A stretch of DNA of 64,000 bases from Planctomycetota bacterium (GCA_041183345.1 JBEGLX010000001.1:19274-83273); one strand, 5' to 3'; positions 7,260 through 17,305 are shown, counted from the stretch's first letter. Notes: generated by a model not told the origin, from the sequence alone. A program made the numbers and translations.

Positions 7260-10172
7260 TTACTCCGAATCGGGCTCCTCTTCGGGCTCGTCCTCGGGCT
7301 TCGTGCGCTTGCCGATGTCGCTCGGCTCGACGGCCTTCGGCTGCTTGATGTCCTCGAAGAACTTGCTCTCCTTGAGGAGGAGCTCCGAGCTCTGCTCGAG
7401 CGGCTCCTGGAGCTTCTTCAGGCGCTCGCGCTCGGTCTCGTTGAAGTTCGAGTCGTTCGCGTCGGGGTTCTCGACCACAACAGGCACCAGGAACACCACG
7501 AGCTCGACGACTTCCTTCTGGCGCTCGGTCGAGCTGAAGGCGGCGCCGAGGATCGGGATGTCGCCGATGAACGGCAGGCGGCGATCGATCTTCGTCTCCT
7601 GCTCGCGGCGGATGCCCGAGATCACGATCGTCTGTCCGTTCTTCACGGTCACGTTCGTGTTGGTCTGGCGGCGGTCGATGACGGGGTTCGAGTTGAACGA
7701 CGCCGTCGACGCCGAGAGGTTCGAGAGCAGGATCTCGACCTCCATCGCCACGTTGTTGTCCTGGGTGATGCGCGGGCGCACGTTGATGCCGACACCGACG
7801 AACTGCTGCTCGAAGCTCTGCGTCGTGCCAGCGGTGCCGAAGCCCGCAGTGTTGCCGGTGATGAGCGACACGTCCTGACCTGCGACGAACTTCGCCTCCT
7901 TGTTGTCGCGGGTGAACACGCGCGGCTGCTGGAGGATGCGCACCGAATTGTCGGTCGACAGGGCCTGCAGGAAGAACCCGAGGTCGTCGCCGGTCTGGAT
8001 CTGGAGGAGGCTCGAGTCGAACCACGGTGCAGCGAAGTTCGGGTTGGTCGCGTTCGGGTTCGTGCCCGTGCCGCCGTTGCCGTTGCCCTTCGTGAGCGAC
8101 AGCGCGAGCGATCCGCCGACCGAGTTGTCGCCGCCGTTGAGCGGAGCCGAGAGGCCCGTTCCGACGCGCGCGCCCCACGAGAAGCCGTCGCCGACCTTCA
8201 CCTCGGCGAGGATCGCTGTGATCATCACCTGGCGACCCGGCTTGTCGAGCTCATGGATGATCTCGATGACCTTCTTCTCGACTTCCGGCGGTGCCATCAC
8301 GAGCACCGAGTTCTGCTCGGGGTTCGGCACGACGCGGCTGCGGCCGATGAGGCCGCTGACTTCGCTGACGGGCCCGCTGCCAGCGCCCTGGCCTGCGCGC
8401 GCGCCCTGCCACGGGAAGCGGAGCTGCTCGTTGGCCTGCGTGCCGGCGCCGAGGTTGAACCCCGTGCCGCCTGTGGCGTCTTGACCATTGCCGCCGAATG
8501 CCTCGCCCAGGCCTTGGATGCCCTCTTCAGGCAGGCGGAGTCCGCCGCCTTCCGCGCCGCTCGCAGCGAGCAGGGTGTTGAGGATGCCGCTGAGCTCGAC
8601 CGCGCTCGCATGCTTGAGGGGCACGTTCACGGGCAGGCCCGAGTCGAACGGCTGGTCGAGATCGAGGATCCAGCGATCAAGCCACTCGAAGTTGTCGGGA
8701 GTCTTCGAGATCACGACCAGGCGATTCGAATCGGGGTAGGCCTCGATCGAGAAGATGTTGGCAACCGCGGCCGTCGGCGAGCCATCTCCGCCGCCGCCAC
8801 CGATCTGCGGCACGCGGCCACCGGCGAAGGCGCGGTTGTTCTGGGTCGAGCGGCTCGCGCTCGATCCGCCGCCAAGCAGCGTTCCCAGCAGGTCGCGCAC
8901 CTTGGTCGGATCGGCGTACTTGAGGTTGTAGGTCTTGAAGATGCTGCCCGCGGAGTTCGGGGGAAGGTCCCACGCGCTCGCGACAAGCTTGCGGATCTCG
9001 GCGAGCACCGTGGGGGTCGCGCGCACTGTGAGCGAGTTCATCGACTCGAGCACGGTCACGATCAGGCCTTCGCCAGCGCCGCCGCCAGCGCCGCCAGCCT
9101 GTCCGGGTATGCCCGGCTGCTGCTGGCCGCGGTTCTGTCGGTTCTGCGTGCGGGCGCCGCCGATCGCGCGGCCACCGCCCGAGCCGTCATCCTGGAAGAG
9201 CTCGGTGATGATGTCGGCGACCGTCTGCGCGTCCTGGTACTGCAGGCGGAAGGTCTCGGTCGCGTAGTCATCCCACGAGGGGATGTCGAGCATGTTGATG
9301 AGGGTCTGAACCTTCTTCGCGAGGCCGATGTCGCCCGAAAGGAGGATCTGGTTCGAGTCGCCGTCGGCGGCGAGCTGCGCGTACTCCTCGGGGATCAGCG
9401 GCTCGATGCGGTCGAGCACGTCGGTCGCCTTCGACTGCTTCAGGCGGAACACCTTGGTCACGAAGAGGCCGTTGTCGTCCATCCGCATGACATCGTCATC
9501 GGGTCCGAGCACGACGCCAGGCTGGGTCTTCTTCTGCTGCGTCAGCGGGCCGATGAAGATCGCGTCCTCGGTCTCGATGACCGCGAGATCCTCGAACTTC
9601 AGCGCCTGGAAGATGTAGTCGAGCGCCTGGCTCTTCGGCATCTCCTTGTCGCCGACGACGGTGATCTTCTTCGTCGAAACATCGGCGGGCTTGTAGAACA
9701 CGATCTTGCCCGTCCATTCGTAGATGAACGGCACGAGGGTCTCGATGCTCTCGTTCTTGAGCTGGAGCGGGACGAGCTTGTCGTCGACGACGCGACGCCC
9801 GGAGCGCACGCCGCGGAGCTGCGAGGGCTCGACCGGAGGCGGAGGCGTCGGCGCGAAGCTGGCGACGTCACGCGGATCGGTCTTCTTCGGGTCTTCGCGC
9901 TTTCCGCTGTCGGAGACGTTCTGCGGCGCAGGCGCAGGCGCAGGCGCGGGAGCCGGCGCGGGGGCAGGCTCAGCGGCAGGCGGCGTGGTCGGAGCAGGCT
10001 CCGACTGCGGCTGAGGCGCAGGTTCCGTTGCGGGAGCAGGTGCAGGAGCCGGATTGTCCTGAGCCGCTGCGATCGAGAGTGGCACGATCGTTCCCGTCAG
10101 GGCGATCACAGCGGTCGTCCGGACGATGTCGGTGAGGCTCGGTGCGCTGAAGAAGGGTCGATTGAGACGCAA
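7260..10172 (-). CDS. gspD: Secretin, GspD family (T2SS outer-membrane channel)
   Basis: 970 aa. TTG start at 10172 with GGAG 8 nt upstream. N0-like domain (ETLVPFIYEWTGKIVFYKP...ITVVGDKEMPKSQALDYIFQALK). C-terminal secretin core (VISGIRREQETKIDRRLPFIGDIPILGAAFSSTERQKEVVELVVFLVP). Also contains a PAPAPAP linker, Gly-rich inserts and an acidic C-terminus. Confidence 0.9.
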   Translation of the reverse strand: MRLNRPFFSAPSLTDIVRTTAVIALTGTIVPLSIAAAQDNPAPAPAPATEPAPQPQSEPAPTTPPAAEPAPAPAPAPAPAPAPQNVSDSGKREDPKKTDPRDVASFAPTPPPPVEPSQLRGVRSGRRVVDDKLVPLQLKNESIETLVPFIYEWTGKIVFYKPADVSTKKITVVGDKEMPKSQALDYIFQALKFEDLAVIETEDAIFIGPLTQQKKTQPGVVLGPDDDVMRMDDNGLFVTKVFRLKQSKATDVLDRIEPLIPEEYAQLAADGDSNQILLSGDIGLAKKVQTLINMLDIPSWDDYATETFRLQYQDAQTVADIITELFQDDGSGGGRAIGGARTQNRQNRGQQQPGIPGQAGGAGGGAGEGLIVTVLESMNSLTVRATPTVLAEIRKLVASAWDLPPNSAGSIFKTYNLKYADPTKVRDLLGTLLGGGSSASRSTQNNRAFAGGRVPQIGGGGGDGSPTAAVANIFSIEAYPDSNRLVVISKTPDNFEWLDRWILDLDQPFDSGLPVNVPLKHASAVELSGILNTLLAASGAEGGGLRLPEEGIQGLGEAFGGNGQDATGGTGFNLGAGTQANEQLRFPWQGARAGQGAGSGPVSEVSGLIGRSRVVPNPEQNSVLVMAPPEVEKKVIEIIHELDKPGRQVMITAILAEVKVGDGFSWGARVGTGLSAPLNGGDNSVGGSLALSLTKGNGNGGTGTNPNATNPNFAAPWFDSSLLQIQTGDDLGFFLQALSTDNSVRILQQPRVFTRDNKEAKFVAGQDVSLITGNTAGFGTAGTTQSFEQQFVGVGINVRPRITQDNNVAMEVEILLSNLSASTASFNSNPVIDRRQTNTNVTVKNGQTIVISGIRREQETKIDRRLPFIGDIPILGAAFSSTERQKEVVELVVFLVPVVVENPDANDSNFNETERERLKKLQEPLEQSSELLLKESKFFEDIKQPKAVEPSDIGKRTKPEDEPEEEPDSE

Positions 10173-10485
10173 GATCTGGCTCCGGTTCTGAAGCGGCGAC
10201 TGCCGCGGGTACGGTCGAAGGCTGCCTGGCGACTGCTGGTTGGTTCCACGCGCCCAAGGGCGTGCGCGGAGACGGCAGGAGTCCTAGTGGTTCAATCGGC
10301 AACCGATGCTCAAACAGGTCAAATTGCCGCGTGGAAATCCACGGCCGCGGCGATCCTCTCAACGGTCGTGCCCATCGGGGCTTGCAGGAATTCCCGCGAG
10401 GGATACCACGGTTCGCATCGGCGTGGGCGCGGCACGGCCATCCCACGGGGCGGAAGCCATCCAGCATCGAGGATTGTCGAGTGGG

Positions 10486-11550
10486 TCAGCCCCGCGAAAG
10501 CCGGGCCTGAAGCAGCGCGCGCTCATGATTCAGGCGCGCGCGGTTCTGGTTGTCCACGTTCCAGCCATCGGTGGAGTTGATGGCTTCGAGCGCTGCACGA
10601 GCCTGATCCACGGTGAATCCGTTGATCTCGGCCTCGCTCAGCCTCGGTGGAAGCAGCTCGCGGTCGACGAACTCAGGCGCCGAATCCTCGGAGCCCTGCG
10701 GTGGCGTGGGCAGGCGCTGCGGCTGCAACGCACCACTCGCGCCATCGATGGGAGAGCCCCCGGCAGGCGTGACAGGTTGAGTCGGATTGACTGTGCCAAC
10801 GCTCGTCTGCGCGTTGATGTTGGCGGGATTCGGGTTGCCGTTCGCGGGAGCCGGCCCGACTGGAGCAGTCTTGTTCGGATTGCCAGCCGAACCATCGGCG
10901 CGCGGCGGAGTGTTCGTTCCCGAAGAGATCGAGGACGGTGCGTTTGACGAGGATGCACCGCTGCCACCGAGGTTGGCGCGTCGGACAGAGCCCCCCTCGC
11001 GTGCCAGAACCGACGGATCGGACTTTGGCAGCAGCGGAACGCTGAATTCACCACCTTGATAGCCGAGCTTCACGAAGTGCGGGGCTTCGATCGCGATGAC
11101 CTTCACGCCAGCCTTGGTCTGTCCAAGCCGAATGCGCTTGTCATCCTCGGGCAGCGAGCCGAACACGACGAACTCGCCGAGCAGGCCCGTGGGCTGTGGC
11201 CCAGCGTAGGTCTTTGGAATCGGCGGCGGACCGAGGTCCACCACCGGCGGCGGCTTCGGCTCTTCGCGCTTCACCACCGGCGTGCGGCGCGGAGGCGGCG
11301 AGGGCAGGTTGTACATCGATCGGTTGTCGAAGCGCTTGCGGCTGCGCTCGATCTCCTCGCCGCTCTTGGTAGCGAGCATCGTGACGGGGTCGGACTCCGA
11401 CTCGTCGATCGACGGCAGGGTGAGGGTCGAGGCGACCGAGCCAAGGCTGATCGCCACGACGATCGCGGAGATGCCGACGGCGGCAGCGGAGATGAGCACC
11501 GGAGTGCCGACGCGCAGCCCTGGTGGGAGACGGTCGAGGATCATCCTCAT
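10486..11550 (-). CDS. Bitopic inner-membrane T2SS accessory protein (GspC/GspN or PilP-like; function tentative)
   Basis: ATG at 11550 overlaps the upstream stop as ATGA. One TM segment (VLISAAAVGISAIVVAISLG), then a Pro-rich linker, a small beta domain, a long low-complexity G/S/P/N segment and a C-terminal helical module. Confidence 0.55.
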   Translation of the reverse strand: MRMILDRLPPGLRVGTPVLISAAAVGISAIVVAISLGSVASTLTLPSIDESESDPVTMLATKSGEEIERSRKRFDNRSMYNLPSPPPRRTPVVKREEPKPPPVVDLGPPPIPKTYAGPQPTGLLGEFVVFGSLPEDDKRIRLGQTKAGVKVIAIEAPHFVKLGYQGGEFSVPLLPKSDPSVLAREGGSVRRANLGGSGASSSNAPSSISSGTNTPPRADGSAGNPNKTAPVGPAPANGNPNPANINAQTSVGTVNPTQPVTPAGGSPIDGASGALQPQRLPTPPQGSEDSAPEFVDRELLPPRLSEAEINGFTVDQARAALEAINSTDGWNVDNQNRARLNHERALLQARLSRG

Positions 11551-12194
11551 GCGCCACCTCGCACGCTGCTGAACAGGACGCCCCACTTCTCGAGCGAAAC
11601 CTGTGCGGTGACGCGCTTGGTGCTGGCGCTATAGGTGAGGCGCAGGTCGCCGATCGCGTCGATGGCGGGGCTTGCCTCGAACTCAGCAAGGATCGCGGAC
11701 ACGACTTCGGGGGTTCCCTCGAAGCGGATCTCCGCGACGGACTTGCCCATGCGGGTTCCGCCGACTTCAGCGACGATCTCGGGCAACACGTTCTGCGGCA
11801 GGCTCTGTGCGGGACGCACGTCCTGACCGGGGCTCACGCCCTTCTTCTTCAGGATCTCGGCGATGGCCGCGGCGAGCTTTTCCTTGCCGTCCGTCTCCGA
11901 GCGGGGCACCGAGTTCGGACCATGCGCGAGCACCGCTTCGGCGAGATCGTCGGGAAGACCCTCCGCGCGATCGGCGGCACGCTTCAGCACGACCTCGAGT
12001 CGGTCTGCGCGCCCATTGATGCGGTCAGCGATCGGCCAGAGCACGTTGTTCAGCAGCGCGAAGCCGCCGAAGGCAACGCCCGCGAGCACAGCCCAGCGGC
12101 CCGCTCGCGGAAGCGCGTGGAAGCGCGTCAGCACGCCGCCAAGCAGGCGCTCGGCGAAGTCGCGGTTTGAATCGTTGGAATTGGCGTTCGACAT
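11547..12194 (-). CDS. GspM/PilO-like bitopic membrane protein
   Basis: 215 aa. ATG at 12194. A single TM segment (WAVLAGVAFGGFALLNNVLW) followed by a periplasmic domain. Call rests on position between the L-like and C/N-like genes. Confidence 0.55.
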   Translation of the reverse strand: MSNANSNDSNRDFAERLLGGVLTRFHALPRAGRWAVLAGVAFGGFALLNNVLWPIADRINGRADRLEVVLKRAADRAEGLPDDLAEAVLAHGPNSVPRSETDGKEKLAAAIAEILKKKGVSPGQDVRPAQSLPQNVLPEIVAEVGGTRMGKSVAEIRFEGTPEVVSAILAEFEASPAIDAIGDLRLTYSASTKRVTAQVSLEKWGVLFSSVRGGA

Positions 12195-12214
12195 GGTGTG
12201 CTGCCTGGCTCTGC

Positions 12215-14245
12215 TTACTGCTTCAAGTGCTCGAGAATGCGGTTGAAGTCGTCGGAAAGGCGCTTGCGCGTCTCCGCGTCGAGATCTTCGCGGCGTCGGG
12301 CGCGCGAGACCTCGGACAGCAGGCCTCGGGCCTGTTCCTTGGACATCGCGGCCAGCTCTTCGTCGGTGAATGGATCGGGCACGCGCGTATTCGCGCGCGC
12401 GGTCGCCGTCGGACCGCCGCCAGCACCTGCGCCGGATGCGGCGGTTGCGGGCTGCGTGGTGGTTCCGCCGTCAGAAGGCGGGGTCGCGGGAGCCGTCGTC
12501 GGGGTCGTCGTCGCGTTGCCGCCGGCAGGAGCCGTCTCGCGACGGCCGATTCCGCGCGAGGCCGTGGCACCGGCAGGGGCCGCGCCGTCATTCGCGCCAT
12601 CGGGCTTCGCAGCGTTGGCGGCGGCGTCGTTGCCCGGCGTCGAGGCTGGGCGCACGGGATCGTTGCGGCGCGGTGTTTCCGCTGGGGGAGTCGTCTCCGG
12701 CGCCTGCGCCACGGTGGTTGGCTCCGAGCTCGCCGAAGAGGTCGCTCCGTCACCCGACGCGCCGTCGGCCTGCGGGTACTTGACCTGCACAAGCGACTTC
12801 ACGGACCAATCGTGATCCTTGAACGAGCCCGACTTGTTCGGGCGGGTGATGAGCGCATCAAGGTCGAACTTGAAGATGCCGCGGCCATCGGGCATGTTCC
12901 AGCGCCAGTGCGTCTTGTCGAAGATGCCCGACGAGTCCATGAGGCGGGCCATCGTGTTCACGACCTCGGCTGCGGAACGCTCGCCCTGCGCCTTCGCGAC
13001 GCCGCGGATGGTCACGCCTTGCGTCGACGACAGCTGGATCTGCTCGATCTCGATGCCATCGGGGGTGCAGCAGGCGAGGTCGCCAAGGATCTTCGCGACC
13101 GGAAGCGTGCGCTTCGACAGCTCGTTGTAGAGGGCGATGCGCTGATCGACCTTGCGCTGGGCGGCCTCGAAGGCAGACGGCTCCTGGGGCATCTTCCACT
13201 CGAGCGCCTTCATGCGCAGCCATGCTGAGGCGATCGGTGCGACGCCAATGATGCCGATCGCCATGCACGAGACGAGCAGGGCGCGCGACGGCTTCGAATA
13301 GCGCTGCACGAAGCGCTCCACGCGCGACGGTGCGACGCGCTCCTCCGCGCGGCGCATCTTCGAGAGATCGGAGAGCGGACCGCACGCGACCACGACGGAT
13401 GCGAGTGGAATCGCCCATTCGCGCCACCACTCCGCGCCATCCGATGCAGCGGACACGCGCACATCGAGCTTGGCGCCGAGGATGTCGGCGAGGTTCGGAT
13501 CAAGCATCAGCACGCGGTCGCCCGAGCGCTCGGTCGATGCCTCGATGCTGTTGACGAAGTCGCTGATCTGCGCGGGCTCCATGCCTGCATTGAGCGCGGT
13601 CTCCACGAGCGCGCGGCGAAGGCCCTCGTTCCACGCGCCGTCTCCGTCGATGTCGCTCCCAGCCGTCTCGCGCGTGGCGCGGATCTCGAGGCTGCCCTTG
13701 CTCGGCGAGCGCATGGTGATCGCGATCGATCCGACCGAACGGTCGGCGGAGATCGCCGGGAGATCGCCCGATGCAAGCACCAGCATCGCGGCAGGCTCAG
13801 GGACGTAGCGGGTGATCGTCTCGAGCTTGGCGCCGAGCGGCTTGCCCGACTGCGACTCGGGCCACGCCATGATCACGCCCTGTCGCTCGGCATCATTGCC
13901 GCCCTCAAGGACGCCAAGGCCAATGCGGACCGGCGGAACGCTGCCGAGGAACATGCCTTCCGCCTGGAGACGGAGCGCCGCAAGCATCTGCCCTTGGGAA
14001 GCGACCGGAATGGTCACCGAGCGAACGATGGTCGCGTGGGCGGGAAGCACGACGCGGAGGTCGCCGCAGCGCTGTTCAGAGAGCCATGAGGCGATCGCAG
14101 CATCGTCAGGCGAGGCGAAGGTTCGCGCCTCAAGCACGGTCGGCCGGTCTCCGCGGCGGGCAAGCAGCACGCGCCAGTGGTCGGACTGACGCTCCGCAAC
14201 CGCCAGAAGCGAGTCATCGATCGAAGGTGTGGGCTGCGATTTCAC
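12215..14245 (-). CDS. GspL-like (PilM/PilN-type fusion) assembly-platform protein with a long P/T/A/G-rich tail
   Basis: 676 aa. GTG at 14245 overlaps the gspK stop (GTGA). Cytoplasmic domain, then TM (LLVSCMAIGIIGVAPIASAWL), then a periplasmic domain, then about 140 aa of low complexity and a helical C-terminal module. Confidence 0.6.
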   Translation of the reverse strand: MKSQPTPSIDDSLLAVAERQSDHWRVLLARRGDRPTVLEARTFASPDDAAIASWLSEQRCGDLRVVLPAHATIVRSVTIPVASQGQMLAALRLQAEGMFLGSVPPVRIGLGVLEGGNDAERQGVIMAWPESQSGKPLGAKLETITRYVPEPAAMLVLASGDLPAISADRSVGSIAITMRSPSKGSLEIRATRETAGSDIDGDGAWNEGLRRALVETALNAGMEPAQISDFVNSIEASTERSGDRVLMLDPNLADILGAKLDVRVSAASDGAEWWREWAIPLASVVVACGPLSDLSKMRRAEERVAPSRVERFVQRYSKPSRALLVSCMAIGIIGVAPIASAWLRMKALEWKMPQEPSAFEAAQRKVDQRIALYNELSKRTLPVAKILGDLACCTPDGIEIEQIQLSSTQGVTIRGVAKAQGERSAAEVVNTMARLMDSSGIFDKTHWRWNMPDGRGIFKFDLDALITRPNKSGSFKDHDWSVKSLVQVKYPQADGASGDGATSSASSEPTTVAQAPETTPPAETPRRNDPVRPASTPGNDAAANAAKPDGANDGAAPAGATASRGIGRRETAPAGGNATTTPTTAPATPPSDGGTTTQPATAASGAGAGGGPTATARANTRVPDPFTDEELAAMSKEQARGLLSEVSRARRREDLDAETRKRLSDDFNRILEHLKQ

Positions 14246-15690
14246 TGTTCTCTGTACTCCAGGATCCGTGCGGGGAGCGTGGAACGATCGATGACGGCGG
14301 TGATTTCAACCTCGAGTCCAGTCGTCGCGGAACGGCCACGGCTGGTGACGGTGAAGACGTAACTCTGCGTATCGGCGTACGGGGCGATGGCTGCGAGGGA
14401 ATCTGGCGAGATGCGATTTGAACTTCGGAGATCGGACAGGGCGAGGAGGCCGCTGGAGGACGAACTGCGGAGCGAAAGGATTGCGTCGGCGCTGATCGGG
14501 TCGTTCGGGAGGAGGGCGCGAAGAATCGAAGGGGGGGCGGTGTTCAGGTTGACCTTTCCGACAATCGGCGTTCCAGCCGCGTCGAGCGTGCCCTCTTGGA
14601 AAATCTTCCGCAATTGCGTGGTGTCGAGCGCCTGAATGCGGGCTCCACCCGCGGGTGCGGCGGATGCACCAGCAGAACTGCGTCCGGTCTGGCGGCCAGT
14701 CTCCGCCTGAGGCGCTTGGTTATTGGACCCAGCTGCGTTGCGCCCCGTCGGCGTCCGCGAGTTGGTCGGCGCGCGAGTGTTCGCACCACCGGACGCGAGC
14801 GTGGAGAGATCCTGGGTCAGCAGCATCTCGAGCTTGGCGCTGCCCGACTTGGCGAAGTTCGCCAGTGCGGTCGCCTGCTCCGTCGTGACGCCGAAGCGCT
14901 CCACCATCTCCTCGGGCGTCGCCGTCTTGAGGTTCACGCGCTCGAGTCCCGACGCGCTCAGCAGGCTTCCGGAACTGCGCGCGGTCAGCGCCCCAGACCA
15001 TCCGGAATCAAGGAAGCCATCGGTGTCATCAGGCGGTTCGCTGAGCGCGCCGTCGTTCTCATTCGGGTCGAGGCGGCCGTTGAGGTTCTGGTCCTCGCCT
15101 CGCACGTACTTCGGGAACGCGCCCGCCACGAGCTCAAGCTCGGCGATCGAGCGGAACGGACCATTGCGCGGCTCGTAGCCGAGCCCGCGGTTCATGTAGA
15201 AGTCGTACTCAGCGCCCATCATGCCGGGCGTGTCGTCGGTATCCCGCCAATCGACGATCGCGTCGGCGACGTCCATGGTCATGCCCGAAAGCTCGAGCAG
15301 CGCAAGGCGATCGATGTTGTTGATGTTGATCTTCGCGTGCTCGTCCTGCGGACCCTTGATCTCGACGCCGTCCTCGACGTGACGGATCTGCCAGTCGCCC
15401 GATGCGAGCTGCCCATCGGCCACCAGCTCGAGATCCTTGTAGATCTGCCGCGAATCGGTCGGATCAGGCTCCTCGGTGTGGTACTCGAGGACGGCAAGCG
15501 TCTCCTCAACGCCCGCACGTGCAGCCCAGCGCGCCTCGACCTTGGCAAGGGACTCTCGCCCCATCGCCGCCTGTCGGAAGGCAAGCACCTGCGCAGCGCC
15601 GACAATGACAGCCGCGATCGCGATCGACCAAATGACGATCACGATCACCGATCCACGCCGTGGGCGCTGGTTGGGCTGTCGCTGCTTCAC
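14242..15690 (-). CDS. gspK: Minor pseudopilin GspK
   Basis: MKQRQPNQRPRRGSVIVIVIWSIAIAAVIVG is a GspK-type N-terminus. Helix-hairpin-helix-like segments are present (VNLNTAPPSILRALLPNDPISADAILSLR). GTG start with AAGGA upstream. Confidence 0.75.
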   Translation of the reverse strand: MKQRQPNQRPRRGSVIVIVIWSIAIAAVIVGAAQVLAFRQAAMGRESLAKVEARWAARAGVEETLAVLEYHTEEPDPTDSRQIYKDLELVADGQLASGDWQIRHVEDGVEIKGPQDEHAKININNIDRLALLELSGMTMDVADAIVDWRDTDDTPGMMGAEYDFYMNRGLGYEPRNGPFRSIAELELVAGAFPKYVRGEDQNLNGRLDPNENDGALSEPPDDTDGFLDSGWSGALTARSSGSLLSASGLERVNLKTATPEEMVERFGVTTEQATALANFAKSGSAKLEMLLTQDLSTLASGGANTRAPTNSRTPTGRNAAGSNNQAPQAETGRQTGRSSAGASAAPAGGARIQALDTTQLRKIFQEGTLDAAGTPIVGKVNLNTAPPSILRALLPNDPISADAILSLRSSSSSGLLALSDLRSSNRISPDSLAAIAPYADTQSYVFTVTSRGRSATTGLEVEITAVIDRSTLPARILEYREQ

Positions 15691-15699
15691 GGTCCTTGC

Positions 15700-16701
15700 T
15701 TACCTGTTCCCGCCGCCATAGTTCGAGTAAGAGCCCATGGAGAACCCTCCGCGGCCCGGACGAGTCCCATTCAAGATGGTGGATCCACCGCCCATGCCGC
15801 CTGAGCCGAAGGTCGGGCGACCTCCGCTCGGCCGACCCGGTCGACCGCCGCTGATGCCGCCGCCAGCGTCGAGGCTTCCGCCACCACCCATGCCAGCGCC
15901 ACCTGCACCGCCCATGCCGCCGGGAGTTCCGGCAGCGGGGTCGGTTCCAGCGGCAGCGTCTTCGCCTGCCGCGCCTTCCTCGGTTTCCTCCTCGGGCGGC
16001 GGCGGCGGAGGCACGATGCGCTCGATGGGGATCTGGGTGCGGAGCGAGACGGTCGAGATCATGGGGTCCTTCGCAGGGTTGTCCGCTGTCTCGCCTGTGG
16101 CGATCACGGTCACGCGAAGCGCCCACGGGAGGCCGAAGAGGTCCGAGTCCCAATCGTCGTACCACGACTCGCCGTCGTAGGCCTGGATCTGCAGCCCGAC
16201 AATGCCCTCGACGACGGGCACGGCCATGCCGCCGCCTTCTCCCATCTCATCAGGCACCGAGTCGCGGCGCATCCACAGCACGCTGCCGGTGCGGTCGTCC
16301 TCGATGCGGTACTGCGATTCGTACTCGCCGCCCTCGCCTGCGTACTCGTCGCGGCGCATGGGGCGGAGGCGGTTGTTGTAGACCAGGATCTCGTCGCGGT
16401 CGACCGAGCCGTACTGGCTGAAGGTCGGTGCGTTCCGCAGCATGATCCGCGTGAAGAAGAGGTCGCCGTCGCGGACTGTCGAGGCGAGATCGCGGCGGAT
16501 CGCATCGAGCGCGGCGTTCGCGCGGGTGACGGCCTCAAGGCGCGTGCGCGCGACGTCGCGCGTCTTCGAGATGCGCGAGAGCGCCGACGAGACAGTGACG
16601 ATCACGATCGCGCTGACGGCGATGGCGACCACGAGCTCCACGAGCGTGAATGCCCGGGCGAACGTTCGGCGATGCGCGGGCACTTCAGGGGACCTTGCCA
16701 T
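15700..16701 (-). CDS. GspJ-like minor pseudopilin with an unusual Gly/Met-rich C-terminal tail
   Basis: Internal ATG at 16701 gives a 17-aa leader and a prepilin motif (MARSPEVPAHRRTFARA/FTLVELVVAIAVSAIV). It overlaps the upstream gene end by 17 nt. Confidence 0.7.
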   Translation of the reverse strand: MARSPEVPAHRRTFARAFTLVELVVAIAVSAIVIVTVSSALSRISKTRDVARTRLEAVTRANAALDAIRRDLASTVRDGDLFFTRIMLRNAPTFSQYGSVDRDEILVYNNRLRPMRRDEYAGEGGEYESQYRIEDDRTGSVLWMRRDSVPDEMGEGGGMAVPVVEGIVGLQIQAYDGESWYDDWDSDLFGLPWALRVTVIATGETADNPAKDPMISTVSLRTQIPIERIVPPPPPPEEETEEGAAGEDAAAGTDPAAGTPGGMGGAGGAGMGGGGSLDAGGGISGGRPGRPSGGRPTFGSGGMGGGSTILNGTRPGRGGFSMGSYSNYGGGNR

Positions 16702-17305
16702 TCGAGCCTCCGTTCGACTTCCCGGTCGAGCCTGTGGGGCCGGCCGTACCACCGCTGCCTGTCGAGGCGCCGCCCGAGGCGGTGCCGCTCGACCCTGACT
16801 CGGGAGCCGCGCTGCCCTCGCGGGCGGCATGCTTCTGCGCGATGCGCGCCGCACGATCGATAGGCTCGGCGGGCGATCGGATCGGATCGGGCTCCTCGCC
16901 GCGCTTCTCAGCGACGCTGGTCTCGACCGAGTACTCGCGCCCGCCCTCGTGCATCACCCGAGCGAGCACGCGGGCCGGCACTCCGGCGCCTCCGCGCTCG
17001 ATCTCAACACTGAACTGGAAATCCTGGTAGGGCGAGTCTACATCGAAGCTTCCGCTCAACGGATGCAGTTTCTCGTAGTCCTCGGGTCCCTCGGTGAGCA
17101 CGGCGGAGAGCAGCTCATCGAGTGCGGCCGCCGCGCGGACGTCGACTTCTCCGCGGCGCTGCATGGTCATGGCCTGCCCACCGACGGAGAGCACGGTCAC
17201 GAGCCCGATCGAAAGCAGGATTCCCGCGATCACAGCGTCCATCAGCGCAAATCCGCGCCGAGGGCGAGTGTGGGGTCTGCGGGAGCTGGTGGAAAGGTGC
17301 TGCAT
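16685..17305 (-). CDS. GspI-like minor pseudopilin
   Basis: Prepilin motif RRG/FALMDAVIAGILLSIGLV. The ATG at 17305 gives an 18-aa leader. The ORF track's start at 17356 is the alternative. Confidence 0.6.
   Translation of the reverse strand: MQHLSTSSRRPHTRPRRGFALMDAVIAGILLSIGLVTVLSVGGQAMTMQRRGEVDVRAAAALDELLSAVLTEGPEDYEKLHPLSGSFDVDSPYQDFQFSVEIERGGAGVPARVLARVMHEGGREYSVETSVAEKRGEEPDPIRSPAEPIDRAARIAQKHAAREGSAAPESGSSGTASGGASTGSGGTAGPTGSTGKSNGGSNGKVP

Noticed and set aside
9925-9970. GCAGGC hexanucleotide repeat
   Set aside because: It simply encodes the (AP)n linker at the N-terminus of the secretin. It is a low-complexity coding region, not an independent element.
5985-10580. 1531-aa ORF on the plus strand
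   Set aside because: It is antisense to the well-supported secretin and lipoprotein genes. It is extremely Arg/Ala/Gly/Leu/Asp-rich, has no recognisable motifs and spans several genes and an intergenic region. This is the typical stop-free shadow frame of GC-rich coding DNA.
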